DNA of 59,148 bases from an uncultured Clostridia bacterium (lineage in GTDB: Bacteria; Bacillota; Clostridia; TANB77; CAG-508), in contig CANQHI010000005.1 of the NCBI GenBank assembly GCA_947623725.1, positions 1 through 59,148 of the forward strand. The letters run 5' to 3'. Positions 37,588 to 48,066 of the stretch are shown piece after piece. Made by a program: the position numbers and the translations under genes. How positions within the stretch are numbered: position 1 is the first letter of the stretch; each line of letters opens with the position of its first letter. The notes beneath the pieces were generated by a model. It was not told the origin of the DNA, made no database searches, and worked only from the letters and a program-made list of their open reading frames with translations.

Positions 37588-38592
37588 ATGAAAAAAATAG
37601 GAAAACAAACTTTACAATTAGATAATAAACCTAGCATTTTAAATACTGCTGCTATCGTTGGTCCTAAAGAACTTGATGGACCACTTGCAAAATATTTTGA
37701 CAAATGTGTTGAAGATGAATTTTGGGGTGAAAGTTCTTGGGAAAAAGCAGAAAGTAAATTTATAAAAGAAACCATTAATACAGTTTTAGGAAAAGCTAAT
37801 ATATCTAGTACAGATGTTGATTATGTTTTTGCAGGAGATTTATTAAATCAATGTATTTCATCATGCTTCGGACTTAGAGATAGCAATATCCCTTTTTTTG
37901 GACTTTTTGGTGCTTGTTCAACTTTTGTTGAAGGATTGTGCTTAGGTTCTGTCTTTATGGATTCAGGTGCATGTAATCATATACTTTGTGCTACTTCAAG
38001 TCACTTCTGCAGTGCAGAAAAGCAATTTAGATTTCCACTTGAATTGGGAAATCAAAGAACTCCTACTAGTCAATGGACTGTTACTGGCTCTGGAGCTGTT
38101 ATTCTTGGTAAAAATAATGTTGGTCCTTATATTACTCATATTACACCAGGAAAAATTGTTGATTTAGGAATAAAAGATGCAAATAACATGGGTGCAGCAA
38201 TGGCTCCTGCTGCTTTATCCACACTTTGCACACATTTTGAGGATACAGGAAGAACTCCTGATTATTATGATGCAATTATCACTGGAGATTTAGGTCATTT
38301 AGGAAAAGATATTTTAATTGATATTGCTAAAAATAAAGGATATGACATTGCAAAAAATTATAATGATTGTGGAGTATTAATTTTTGATAAAAAGAAACAA
38401 GATACTCATTCTGGTGGAAGCGGATGTGCTTGCATAGCTACAGTATTTTCAGGATATTTATATAAATTAATGACTGAAAATAAGATTAAAAAATTGTTAT
38501 TGATTGCAACTGGAGCCTTAACTAATTCTACTACAGCTCAACAAGGTGAATCTATTCCTGGTATAGCTCATGCAGTTTCAATAGAAATGTAG
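37588..38592 (+). CDS. spoVAD: Stage V sporulation protein AD
   Basis: Thiolase-like fold protein, MKKIGKQTLQLDNKPSILNTAAIVGPKE... Sits between spoVAC and spoVAE. Confidence 0.9.
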   Translation: MKKIGKQTLQLDNKPSILNTAAIVGPKELDGPLAKYFDKCVEDEFWGESSWEKAESKFIKETINTVLGKANISSTDVDYVFAGDLLNQCISSCFGLRDSNIPFFGLFGACSTFVEGLCLGSVFMDSGACNHILCATSSHFCSAEKQFRFPLELGNQRTPTSQWTVTGSGAVILGKNNVGPYITHITPGKIVDLGIKDANNMGAAMAPAALSTLCTHFEDTGRTPDYYDAIITGDLGHLGKDILIDIAKNKGYDIAKNYNDCGVLIFDKKKQDTHSGGSGCACIATVFSGYLYKLMTENKIKKLLLIATGALTNSTTAQQGESIPGIAHAVSIEM

Positions 38593-38688
38593 TTTGCTTA
38601 TTGTTAAAAGAAAGGAGAAATATATAAATTTTTAAATAATTTGATAAAATTCTGCTAATTTATTTACAAATTTATATTGTAATTTAAA

Positions 38689-39075
38689 ATGGATTATTTT
38701 CAAAGTATCAATTGGATGACAATGCTTAATTGTTTTATAGTTGGTGGAGTACTATGTGTAATCGGACAAATTTTAATAGATAAAACAAAACTAACTCCAG
38801 CTAGAATATTAGTTCTATATGTTACTGTAGGTACTATTTTAGGTGGAATTGGAATTTATCAAAAATTAATTGATTTCGCAGGTTGTGGTGCAACAGTTCC
38901 ATTAACTGGTTTTGGTGCAAATCTTGCTAAAGGTGCTCTTGAAGCAGTAAAAGAACAAGGATTATTAGGAGCATTCATTGGTGGAGTCAAAGCTTCTGCT
39001 GGTGGAATTGCCGCTGCAGTATTCTTTGGTTACCTTGCTTCTCTTATTGCTAAGCCAAAAATAAAGAAACAATAA
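38689..39075 (+). CDS. spoVAE: Stage V sporulation protein AE (AEB-type)
   Basis: FIVGGVLCVIGQILID...VPLTGFGANLAKG. The start is uncertain because no SD lies directly upstream. Confidence 0.8.
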   Translation: MDYFQSINWMTMLNCFIVGGVLCVIGQILIDKTKLTPARILVLYVTVGTILGGIGIYQKLIDFAGCGATVPLTGFGANLAKGALEAVKEQGLLGAFIGGVKASAGGIAAAVFFGYLASLIAKPKIKKQ

Positions 39076-39192
39076 ATTTATATAAAAATTTAATATATAT
39101 AATTAAGTAAAATGTGGTTCTAAAAACAAAACCACATTAAATATTAGAAATATATATAATGTTATAAGGAGCTTATTTGAAGTATAAAATAA

Positions 39193-39222
39193 CCTCAGAA
39201 GTATTAAAACTTCTGAGGTTTG
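39193..39222. terminator. Terminator after rpsI
   Basis: ACCTCAGAAGT-attaaa-ACTTCTGAGGT, an 11-bp stem. Confidence 0.7.
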
Positions 39223-39229
39223 ATATTTT

Positions 39230-39634
39230 TTATCTCTTACTAAATTGAGGTGCTTTACGAGCTTTTTTAAGTCCGTATTTCTTTCTTTCTTTCATACGAG
39301 CATCTCTTGTAAGTAATCCATTAGATTTTAATATTGGTCTGTATTCTTCTCTATTAGCTTCATTTAATGCTCTTGCTATTCCATGACGAACTGCTCCTGC
39401 TTGACCTGCAAATCCACCTCCTGTAACTTTAGCAATAACATCATATTTTGATAAAGTTTCTGTAAGTGTTAATGGTTGTTTTACTATAACTCTTAATGTT
39501 TCTTCACCAAAATATTCTTGTATATCTTTTCCATTTACAGTTATTTTTCCTTTTCCTTCTGTAAGTCTAACTCTTGCTATTGAACTTTTTCTTCTACCTG
39601 TACCTAAGAATACATCTTTCTTTGACTTAGTCAT
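39230..39634 (-). CDS. rpsI: 30S ribosomal protein S9
   Basis: [14 protein letters not shown]...[29 protein letters not shown]. Confidence 0.95.
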   Translation of the reverse strand: MTKSKKDVFLGTGRRKSSIARVRLTEGKGKITVNGKDIQEYFGEETLRVIVKQPLTLTETLSKYDVIAKVTGGGFAGQAGAVRHGIARALNEANREEYRPILKSNGLLTRDARMKERKKYGLKKARKAPQFSKR

Positions 39635-39653
39635 TTATAGTTTCTCCTCTCTC

Positions 39654-40088
39654 TTAAAATTTCCATACTTCTGGTTTTTGTGCTTCGTTTTCGTGTTCTG
39701 CTCCAGCATATACTCTTAATTTTTTAAGCATTTCTCTTCCAAGTGTATTATGTGGTAACATTCCTTTTACTGCAATCATCATAGCTTTTTCTGGTTTATT
39801 TTCCATCATAACTCTTGCACTTGTTTTTCTCATATTTCCAATGTATCCTGTAAAATGAGTATAAACTTTTTGATCTAATTTCTTTCCTGTAAGTACAGCT
39901 TTTGAACAGTTTATAATTATTACATAATCTCCTACATCCATATTAGGAGTAAATGTTGGTTTATGTTTTCCTCTTAATAATTTAGCAGCTTCTGAAGCAA
40001 CTCTTCCTAAAGGTTTTCCTTCAGCATCTATAATATACCATTTTCTTTCAATTTCATCTTTTTTAACACTATAAGTAGTATTATTCAT
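39654..40088 (-). CDS. rplM: 50S ribosomal protein L13
   Basis: [18 protein letters not shown]...HFTGYIGN... Confidence 0.95.
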   Translation of the reverse strand: MNNTTYSVKKDEIERKWYIIDAEGKPLGRVASEAAKLLRGKHKPTFTPNMDVGDYVIIINCSKAVLTGKKLDQKVYTHFTGYIGNMRKTSARVMMENKPEKAMMIAVKGMLPHNTLGREMLKKLRVYAGAEHENEAQKPEVWKF

Positions 40089-40237
40089 GGTAAAATTTCC
40101 TCCATTCTATTAAAATAAATATATATGAAACCTTTTAAGAGACTAACCGGGGAATTGTCCTTAAAAGCCATATTATTATAATGCTTTATTATTTTATAAC
40201 AATTTTACAAAAAAGTCAATAAATTTTGTTAAAAATA

Positions 40238-40266
40238 TTGACATAATCGGAAAAATATAGTATCAT
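40238..40266 (+). promoter_or_regulatory. SigA-type promoter of the infC-rpmI-rplT operon
   Basis: TTGACA, a 17-nt spacer and TATCAT. Confidence 0.65.
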
Positions 40267-40269
40267 TAT

Positions 40270-40416
40270 TAATGTTATTAAAGAAGAAGATTTACTTCTC
40301 ACCTTGACTAGCTTAAGTCTTAGAAAAAGGTATTTATAAATTTTTATATTAAGTTGCTTAATATATGTTTTATAGATTTGGGAAGTAGATTGGCTTTAGA
40401 ACAAGCCAATTTTTTA
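40270..40416 (+). promoter_or_regulatory. infC operon leader with an attenuator terminator (L20-leader-like position)
   Basis: A long leader ends in ATTGGCTT-tagaac-AAGCCAAT plus TTTTT (40389-40416), just upstream of the infC SD. The L20-leader assignment rests on position only. Confidence 0.5.
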
Positions 40417-40450
40417 ATTTCTAAATAATTCTTATTGGAGGTGTTTTAAC

Positions 40451-40960
40451 ATAAAACAAGAATTACCTATTAATGAACAAATTAGAGCAGATAAAGTTCA
40501 AGTTATTGATGAAAATAATCAAAAATTGGGGGTTTTGTCTTTAAATGAAGCTTTAGATCTAGCATTTGAAAAACAATTAGATTTAGTTTTAGTTGCTCCA
40601 AATAATAACCCTAAAGTTTGTAAAATTATGAACTATGGTAAATATAAATTTGAGCAATCTAAAAAAGAAAAAGAAGCTAAGAAAAAATCAAGAGCTTTTG
40701 AATTAAAGGAAATTAGAATAACACCAAATATTGATAATCATGATTTAGAATTTAAAATAAAAAATGCTCAAAGATTTTTAGAAGATGGTAATAAAGTTAG
40801 ATTCACTGTTAGATTTAGAGGTAGAGAAATGAATTATTTAAAACAAGGTGAAGAAGTTTTAAATAATATTATCACATCTTTACAAGATATAGCAGTACCT
40901 GAAAAAAAGCCTATTCTAGAAGGTAGAAATATGTTTGTAATTTTTAGTAAAAAAGCTTAA
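40451..40960 (+). CDS. infC: Translation initiation factor IF-3, with non-canonical ATA start
   Basis: In-frame IF-3 sequence (IKQELPINEQIRADKVQVIDENNQKLGVLSL...) begins at ATA 40451-40453, 8 nt after GGAGGTG. The first ATG (40526) would truncate the conserved N-domain. Confidence 0.85.
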   Translation: MKQELPINEQIRADKVQVIDENNQKLGVLSLNEALDLAFEKQLDLVLVAPNNNPKVCKIMNYGKYKFEQSKKEKEAKKKSRAFELKEIRITPNIDNHDLEFKIKNAQRFLEDGNKVRFTVRFRGREMNYLKQGEEVLNNIITSLQDIAVPEKKPILEGRNMFVIFSKKA

Positions 40961-41143
40961 ATTATAAATCTAAATTCATAAATATTTTTCATTAATTATA
41001 TTAAATAATTATTTTATCTTATAATTTTATTACATAATATAAATAATTATTGATTTGTTTATTTTATTTAATTAATATTTAGTTTTTAAACATTTAGTTT
41101 AAATTACTAATTTATTATATATTTTTACAAGGAGGATATTGTT

Positions 41144-41347
41144 ATGCCAAAATTAAAAACAAATAAAGCTGCAAAGAAAAGATATAGTTATACAGCTACT
41201 GGTAAAGTAAAAAGAACAAAAGCTAATAGAAGACATTTGTTAGCTAATAAAACAAACAGACAAAAGTCAAGTGGAAGCGTACAAAATGCTTATGTTGATA
41301 AAACATGTAAAAATCATGTAAAGAAAATGCTACCATATGGTAACTAA
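41144..41347 (+). CDS. rpmI: 50S ribosomal protein L35
   Basis: [14 protein letters not shown]... 67 aa. Confidence 0.93.
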   Translation: MPKLKTNKAAKKRYSYTATGKVKRTKANRRHLLANKTNRQKSSGSVQNAYVDKTCKNHVKKMLPYGN

Positions 41348-41366
41348 AAAAGGAAGGTGAATATAA

Positions 41367-41720
41367 ATGGCAAGAGTAAAAACAGCAGTTATTACTAAGA
41401 AAAAACATAAAAAAATATTAAGAAGAGCTAAAGGTTATTATGGCGCTAAAGGTTATAGATTTAGACAAGCTAAGCAAGCTGTTATGAAATCTGGAAACTA
41501 CGCTTTTACTGGAAGAAAAGATAGAAAAAGTGATTTTAGAAAATTATGGATTGTAAGAATTAACGCAGCTGCTAGATTAAATGATATGACTTATAGTACT
41601 TTAATAGCAGGTCTAAAAAAAGCTAATGTTACAATTAATAGAAAAATGCTTGCAGATTTAGCTGTAAATGATGCTAAAGCATTTGCAGAAGTTTGCAAAA
41701 TTGCTAAAAGTGCAAAATAA
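41367..41720 (+). CDS. rplT: 50S ribosomal protein L20
   Basis: [28 protein letters not shown]... Confidence 0.95.
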   Translation: MARVKTAVITKKKHKKILRRAKGYYGAKGYRFRQAKQAVMKSGNYAFTGRKDRKSDFRKLWIVRINAAARLNDMTYSTLIAGLKKANVTINRKMLADLAVNDAKAFAEVCKIAKSAK

Positions 41721-41730
41721 ATTTTTATAA

Positions 41731-41768
41731 AAAACCATTCTACTTTTGATAAGAGAATGGTTTTTTTA
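41731..41768. terminator. Bidirectional terminator between rplT and spo0A
   Basis: AACCATTCT-12 nt-AGAATGGTT flanked by an A-run and a T-run. Confidence 0.75.
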
Positions 41769-41798
41769 TTTTTTTCAAATATAATAAATTTGCTTAGT

Positions 41799-42620
41799 TT
41801 ATGCAGTTTTTAATTCAAGTCTTAATTTATCAGCAATCATTGCGATAAATTCGCTATTTGTAGGTTTTCCTTTATCTGCTGAAATTGTATATCCAAATAT
41901 ACCTTCAACAGTTTTTGGATCTCCCCTTCCCCACGCAACTTCTATTGCATGACGAATTGCACGTTCAACTCTTGATGGAGTTGTACCAAACTTTTCTGCA
42001 ATATCAGGATAAAGTTCTTTAGTAATTTGATTTATTATATTTATATCGTTTACAACCATTATAATTGCTTCTCTTAAAAACTGATAACCTTTTATATGAG
42101 CAGGTACTCCTACTTCGTGAATCACATTTGTTACTAATGCTTCTAAATTTTCTTTTTCATCTTTATTTGTAACCTGTATATATTGTGATTTTGTTTCTTT
42201 ATTTCCTGTAATTGTTCTTTTTAGTTCTTCTGGATTATAATTTTTAATTTCTTTAATTCTGTCTATTAATACTGCAATGTCAAAAGGTTTTACAATATAA
42301 TAATCTGCACCTAATGCAATTGCTTTTTGAGTTATTTTATCTTGTCCAACTGCTGAAACCATTATATAAACTGGTGTTTTTCCTAATGAAATTTTACTTA
42401 ATCTTTCAAGTACGCCTAAGCCATCTAAATGAGGCATTATTACATCTAATAAAACTACATCTGGCTTTAAAGCTATTATTTGATCATAAGCTTCTTCTCC
42501 GTCACTTGCAACTCCAACAACCTCTAGTTCACTATCTCCTTCTAAATATTTTTTCAATGTGTTACTAAATTCATAATTGTCATCTGCTATTAAAACTTTA
42601 ATTTTCTCATTCATATTCAC
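41799..42620 (-). CDS. spo0A: Sporulation master regulator Spo0A
   Basis: Receiver domain (VLIADDN...[11 protein letters not shown]) and a Spo0A-specific C-terminus ([18 protein letters not shown]). Start is GTG 42620 or ATG 42614. Confidence 0.95.
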   Translation of the reverse strand: MNMNEKIKVLIADDNYEFSNTLKKYLEGDSELEVVGVASDGEEAYDQIIALKPDVVLLDVIMPHLDGLGVLERLSKISLGKTPVYIMVSAVGQDKITQKAIALGADYYIVKPFDIAVLIDRIKEIKNYNPEELKRTITGNKETKSQYIQVTNKDEKENLEALVTNVIHEVGVPAHIKGYQFLREAIIMVVNDINIINQITKELYPDIAEKFGTTPSRVERAIRHAIEVAWGRGDPKTVEGIFGYTISADKGKPTNSEFIAMIADKLRLELKTA

Positions 42621-42874
42621 TTTTGTTTCCCTCCTAAATATTTTTTAATTTGTAAATTTTACCATTTCATTATATTGTATTTTATTTAGGATTTCAAGTA
42701 TTTTTACTAACTTTTTCCAATTTTCTTTGTAAAGGTTGATTTTACTGCAAATTATCGTATAATTTTTTTCGACTTTTTTATATATTTTTTTATATCACAA
42801 AAAATACAATAGTTTTTATTTGTGCGTAAATAACGACAGCAAACACTAAAACTATTGTATTTTATTATACTTAT

Positions 42875-43471
42875 TTAAGTTTCTATGTATATATTATCTT
42901 CATTTATAATGTAATTTTTTATTTTATTTACATTATCAAAAAGTTTTTCTCTAGCTTCTTTTGTAGATTCTAGTTGTAATTCTACATCATTATTATAATT
43001 CGTTTCTATTACCTTTATATTCATCTTTTTGCACCAATATAATACATCTTTTTGATCTTCATAATTTATAAAAATTGTATATTTTTCTCCTTTAATTTTA
43101 GTAGTAACTTCAGACATTTCAAGAGCTTCTTGAGCAGCTTGCGAATATGCTCTAACTAATCCTCCTGTGCCTAATAAAATTCCACCAAAATATCTTGTTA
43201 TTATTACTAGTACATTTTGTAGATTTTTCTTTTTTAATATGTCTAAAATTGGTGCTCCTGCTGTTTTGCTTGGTTCTCCATCATCACTACTTTTTTCTAT
43301 ATTTTCTACAATATATCCATAACAATTATGTTTTGCATCATAATATTTTTTTCTTATCTCATTTATTTTCTCTTCTGCTTCTTCCTTTGTATTTACTTGA
43401 AAAGTATTTGCTATAAATTTTGATTTTTTTACAACAATTTCTGCTGTACATTCATTTTTTATAGTATTCAA
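42875..43471 (-). CDS. yigZ: YigZ/IMPACT-family protein
   Basis: IVVKKSKFIANTFQV...KHNCYGYIV...SDDGEPSKTAG pattern. Confidence 0.8.
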   Translation of the reverse strand: MNTIKNECTAEIVVKKSKFIANTFQVNTKEEAEEKINEIRKKYYDAKHNCYGYIVENIEKSSDDGEPSKTAGAPILDILKKKNLQNVLVIITRYFGGILLGTGGLVRAYSQAAQEALEMSEVTTKIKGEKYTIFINYEDQKDVLYWCKKMNIKVIETNYNNDVELQLESTKEAREKLFDNVNKIKNYIINEDNIYIET

Positions 43472-43543
43472 TTTTACTATTATTCCTCTCTTACCAATAA
43501 ATTTACTTTTATAATGTCTTTACAATAAATTTTATATACTCCT

Positions 43544-44863
43544 TTAATTCAATCCTGCTGTATATCCTGTTGAGTATGCTATCTGCAAATTGAATCCACC
43601 TGTATATCCATCTACATCTATAATTTCACCTGCAAAATATAGTCCTTTTACTATTTTCGACTCCATTGTTTTTGGATTTATTTCCTTTACATTTATTCCA
43701 CCTGAAGTTATTATTGCCTCTTCTATGTTTCCAAAATCACTTATTTCAATCTCAAAATTTTTCAAAATTTCTACTAATTTTATTCTTTCTTCTTTAGTAA
43801 TCTCATTAACTTTTTTATCTGGCTTTATATTGCTTATATCTACTATTACTGGTATTAATTTTTTTGGAAGTAAATCATCTAAACTATTTTTAAAATCTTT
43901 ATTTTTTTGACTATCAAAATCTCTTAATATTCTTGCTTGTAATTTCTCATTTGTTAATGCTGGTTTAAAATCAATTTTTATTTTATATGTATGTGCTTTT
44001 ATATTCCTTACATGCGCAGATGCACTTAATATTATAGGACCAGATAATCCAAAATGAGTAAATAACATTTCTCCAAAATCTTCATAAATTTTTTTATCAT
44101 CTTCAAATAAGCCTATTTTTACATTTTTTAAACTTAAACCTTGTAATTTTTGACATATATCAATATCTTTTTTGCTTGCCTTAAGTGCCACTAATGATGG
44201 TTTAATTTCTGTTATTGTATGGCCTAATTTTTTTGCAATAACATAACCATCACCTGTTGAACCAGTTCCCGGATAACTCATACCACCAGTTGCCAAAATT
44301 ATTTTATCTGCTTTAATTAATCCTTTATTAGTTTTTACTCCTACTACCTTTTTTATATTATCTTCTAATTTACTATATATTTCATTATTAATATTTTTTT
44401 CTTGATTTATTTTACATTTTTTATCTATATTATTCTTTTTTATCAATTCTTCACTAGAACTAATTTTTTCTACAATTATCTCTTCTGCTTTACAATTTGT
44501 AATTACTTCTACTCCATTTAATTTTTTCATAAGTGCTTCTAATACATCTGATGATTTATCACTTACTGGAAATACTCGATTTCCTCTTTCTACTTTTGTA
44601 GGTATATCAAGCAGATTTAAAATATCTTCATTATTAAAATTTTTAAATGCACTAAATAGAAACTTTCCATTACAAGGAATGTTTTTCATAAATTCAGATA
44701 TATCTATTGCATTCGTAATATTACATCTTCCTTTTCCTGTAATCAAAAGTTTCTTTCCTAAACTATTCATTTTTTCAATTAATGTTACTTGATTTCCTTC
44801 TTTTTTTGCACTTATGGCTGATAATATTCCTGCAGGACCACCACCAATTACAATAACTTTCAT
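43544..44863 (-). CDS. NAD(P)/FAD-dependent oxidoreductase, HI0933/BaiN-like family
   Basis: VIVIGGGPAGILSA...ITGKGRCNITN...GGFNLQ, with a K/N-rich insertion. Confidence 0.8.
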   Translation of the reverse strand: MKVIVIGGGPAGILSAISAKKEGNQVTLIEKMNSLGKKLLITGKGRCNITNAIDISEFMKNIPCNGKFLFSAFKNFNNEDILNLLDIPTKVERGNRVFPVSDKSSDVLEALMKKLNGVEVITNCKAEEIIVEKISSSEELIKKNNIDKKCKINQEKNINNEIYSKLEDNIKKVVGVKTNKGLIKADKIILATGGMSYPGTGSTGDGYVIAKKLGHTITEIKPSLVALKASKKDIDICQKLQGLSLKNVKIGLFEDDKKIYEDFGEMLFTHFGLSGPIILSASAHVRNIKAHTYKIKIDFKPALTNEKLQARILRDFDSQKNKDFKNSLDDLLPKKLIPVIVDISNIKPDKKVNEITKEERIKLVEILKNFEIEISDFGNIEEAIITSGGINVKEINPKTMESKIVKGLYFAGEIIDVDGYTGGFNLQIAYSTGYTAGLN

Positions 44864-44885
44864 ATAAATTATCCTTTAGTTATAA

Positions 44886-46121
44886 TTAATTTAACAAATT
44901 TTCTACTGCTTTCATTACTCCTAATTTTCCATATTCATAAGTTAATCCACCTTGTTGAAATGCTATAAAAGGTGATCTTAATGGTCCATCACATGAAAGC
45001 TCTATTGATGAACCTTGTGTAAATGCACCTGCTGCCATTATTACTTGGTCAACATATCCTGGCATATCTCCTGGAATTGGTGCAGAAGAAGAATCTATTG
45101 GTGAACCCATTTGAATTCCTTGACAATATTTTATCAATTTTTCTCTATCACCAAATTCTATAGTTTGGACTATATCTGATCTTTCTTCATTCCATTTTGG
45201 TACAACTTTATATCCTAAATCTTCCATTATTTTACTTGTTAAAATTGCTGTTTTTAAACTACTTGCAACAACACTAGGTGCAAAGAATAATCCTTGCAAT
45301 ATTTTTTTATTCATTCCTAATGTTGGACCAACATCTTTTCCTTCACCTGGTAAAGTTAATCTTTCTGATACTAATTTTATTAAATCTTTTCTTCCTACTA
45401 CATAAGCTCCATTTGGTGCAATTCCACCACCAAGATTTTTTATAAGTGAACCAACTAAAATATCTGCACCTAAATTACTTGGCTCTAATTTATTAGTAAA
45501 TTCTCCATAGCAGTTATCTATCATTATTATTACATCTTTATTTACTTCTCTAATTGCTTTTATTACTTTTTCTATTTTATCTAATGTAATACTTTTTCTA
45601 AGTGCATATCCTCTTGACCTTTGAATTTCAACTAATTTTATATCATTTTTTGATAATCTATCTTTTATTTTTTCATAATCAAAATCATCATTAATTAAAT
45701 CTATTTGTTCATATTTTATGCCAAAAGATTTTAAAGAACTTGGATTTTCTCTAATTCCTATTACTTCATCAAGTGTATCATAAGGCTTACCACTTATGCT
45801 TATCATTGTTTCATTAGGTCTTAATAAACCAAATAAAGTTACATTCAATGCATGTGATGCTGAAATAAATTGTCCTCTAACTAAACTATCTTCTGCTCCA
45901 AATATTTCACTATACATTTTTTCTATTGCTTCTCTTCCAATATCATCATAGCCATATCCTGTTGTTTCATTAAAATGTACTTCTGATATATTATTATGTT
46001 GAAAGGCTTCTAGAACTTTAAGCGAATTGTATTCATTTATTTTATCAATCTTTTCAAATTCTTCTTTTACTTCATTTTCTGCTTTATCTACTATTTTTTT
46101 TATTTCTTCTTTTACAAACAT
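44886..46121 (-). CDS. YnbB-like PLP-dependent (methionine gamma-lyase family, aluminium-resistance) protein
   Basis: VLEAFQHNNISEVHFNETTGYGYDDIGREAIE... pattern. 411 aa. Confidence 0.75.
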   Translation of the reverse strand: MFVKEEIKKIVDKAENEVKEEFEKIDKINEYNSLKVLEAFQHNNISEVHFNETTGYGYDDIGREAIEKMYSEIFGAEDSLVRGQFISASHALNVTLFGLLRPNETMISISGKPYDTLDEVIGIRENPSSLKSFGIKYEQIDLINDDFDYEKIKDRLSKNDIKLVEIQRSRGYALRKSITLDKIEKVIKAIREVNKDVIIMIDNCYGEFTNKLEPSNLGADILVGSLIKNLGGGIAPNGAYVVGRKDLIKLVSERLTLPGEGKDVGPTLGMNKKILQGLFFAPSVVASSLKTAILTSKIMEDLGYKVVPKWNEERSDIVQTIEFGDREKLIKYCQGIQMGSPIDSSSAPIPGDMPGYVDQVIMAAGAFTQGSSIELSCDGPLRSPFIAFQQGGLTYEYGKLGVMKAVENLLN

Positions 46122-46193
46122 TTTATCTCCACAAAATTTATTTTTATATAATATTTAATTCTATTTTTCTAAACTTAACATTGTATAATACTT

Positions 46194-47921
46194 CTAATCT
46201 CCACAATAAATTGGTAATCCTAGATTTGAATATATTGCATAATATTCTCCTAAAAATTTAACATCATTATATTCTAATTCATAAGTACATTCTTTCACAA
46301 CATTTCCACTTAAATCAAGAACCCCCCATTTACCGTCTTTTTTTACACCAACATTATTTCCATTTTGCTCAGTAACAAAATCATATTGATAATCTACTAT
46401 AACATTACCATCGCTGTCTTTGAATCCCCACTTATCATTTTGTTTTGTAGCATATATTGTGTTATTTGGAAATAAATTTTTATATGTTGTTTCATCTCCA
46501 TCTAAAGTAAAATACTTGATAGCTTTATCTGAAATAATTTCTAAATAATTTTCTTCTTGTATTATAGTTCCATTCTCTAACCCTTCTTGTATTTCACCTT
46601 TACTATTAATTATAGTATTTTTGTTATCATCTAAATTCATTGCTTGTAGGCAATTAGTTCCATCTATTTTTTGAATTGTATTATATTCTAAAGGAACTAC
46701 ATTTGATCCATCTGCTTTTATAAGTCCTGTTTTTGATTCATTCGTCGCAATAAATAAATCATCTCTAAAATATTCAATATATGAATAATTAGTATTTAAT
46801 AATTTATTGTTGTCATTGTCCATAATATTATAATTATCATCTTTATCAATTATTATGCTATATTTATCTGAAACTTTTTCTTTGCTTGTATCTTCAGTAT
46901 CTATAGTGTTTCCGGTTTTATCAAATATTATTGTATTTTCTTCTTTTATTGCATTAATATATTCTCCACCAATTATAATTGTATCATAATCAATTGGAAT
47001 AATATTTTTTCCATTTATATCAAAAACACCTTGTGAAGAGTCTTTTTGAACAATTATTACTTCATTTGTTTTATCATAATCAATATTTATATATTCATTT
47101 TCTAAAATAGTTTTATTATTCTTTAAAAGTCCATATCTACCATTTAATGATGTTATGAAATATACATCTTTAGTATTTTCGATTTCTGTTATTCTATTTA
47201 CTTCATTGTAAATCGGCTCTAAAACTATTTTTCCTGATGTTGTAGCATATCCAAATTTATATCCATCATCAGTTTTTATTCTTAGTATAAATCCTGCTTC
47301 AGAATATTTTGTTTTCTCATCATAATATCCGTCAGATAATATATTTTCATATTCTTCGTCTAATATTTTTTGTCCTTTAATATCTATAACTCCATAGTTT
47401 TCTTCTTTTTTAACTTTTAAATATCCTTCTTTATAATCTATATTCACTATTTCTTCATATTCTGCTTCTGTGATTTTATTTCCTTCATAATCCATTATTC
47501 CATATAAGTTACCTTCTTGATATTTAAGAACAGTCTTTTCATAAGGTACTAAGCTTGTGATTGTTTTAAGAGAAATAGCATCTACACTAGTATAGTTTGT
47601 CCATAATTTTTCATTATTTATATCTACTGCATTCCATATGTCATTATCATTATCCACTAAACAAACAAAGACTTCTTTAGTTGGATTAGGAATTTTTAGT
47701 CCATCATATTGTGGTTCAATTACGACTTGTCCATTTGCGTCAATTACTCCAAACTTATTATCTTTTTGTAAAATAAAATATTTTGCATCTTTTGCTTCTA
47801 TTTCTTCAAGTTTTAAAGTGTGTTTTGAATTCATTCCTAGAGTTATACCTACTATTACTCCTATCACTAATAAAATTAATATTACTATAATCAATATTTT
47901 TTTATTATTATTTTTTAGCAT
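46194..47921 (-). CDS. WG-repeat (KWG-type) protein with an N-terminal anchor
   Basis: Repeated xKFGVIDxxGxxVIEPxYD and KWGFKDSDGNVIV units. One N-terminal TM. Confidence 0.75.
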   Translation of the reverse strand: MLKNNNKKILIIVILILLVIGVIVGITLGMNSKHTLKLEEIEAKDAKYFILQKDNKFGVIDANGQVVIEPQYDGLKIPNPTKEVFVCLVDNDNDIWNAVDINNEKLWTNYTSVDAISLKTITSLVPYEKTVLKYQEGNLYGIMDYEGNKITEAEYEEIVNIDYKEGYLKVKKEENYGVIDIKGQKILDEEYENILSDGYYDEKTKYSEAGFILRIKTDDGYKFGYATTSGKIVLEPIYNEVNRITEIENTKDVYFITSLNGRYGLLKNNKTILENEYINIDYDKTNEVIIVQKDSSQGVFDINGKNIIPIDYDTIIIGGEYINAIKEENTIIFDKTGNTIDTEDTSKEKVSDKYSIIIDKDDNYNIMDNDNNKLLNTNYSYIEYFRDDLFIATNESKTGLIKADGSNVVPLEYNTIQKIDGTNCLQAMNLDDNKNTIINSKGEIQEGLENGTIIQEENYLEIISDKAIKYFTLDGDETTYKNLFPNNTIYATKQNDKWGFKDSDGNVIVDYQYDFVTEQNGNNVGVKKDGKWGVLDLSGNVVKECTYELEYNDVKFLGEYYAIYSNLGLPIYCGD

Positions 47922-48066
47922 TTATACTTTCTCCTCGCATAATATGTTTAATATAGATTTTATAAACATATTCTTTCTTAATATATTTTTTAAGTTAATT
48001 AACATTTTGCCTCATTTTATTCAATTAACTTTTAATTTTGATATAACTATTATAGACACAAACGCC

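Noticed and set aside
38593-38688. A strong SD-like AAAGGAGAAAT after spoVAD with no usable start codon, about 70 nt before the spoVAE ATG.
   Set aside because: The only reading frame it serves is a ~12-codon ORF from a non-canonical codon. It is probably a displaced or relic ribosome-binding site, and evidence is insufficient for a feature.
40089-40200. A possible ribosomal-protein (L13-type) leader upstream of rplM, containing the only GC-rich patch there (AACCGGGGAATTGTCC).
   Set aside because: I cannot verify a conserved fold by eye, so this would need an Rfam covariance scan.
42700-42850. Possible Spo0A boxes upstream of spo0A, for example AGTCGAA at 42768-42774 on the minus strand.
   Set aside because: It is a single 6-of-7 match to TGTCGAA in AT-rich DNA, which is not distinguishable from chance without transcription-start data or conservation.
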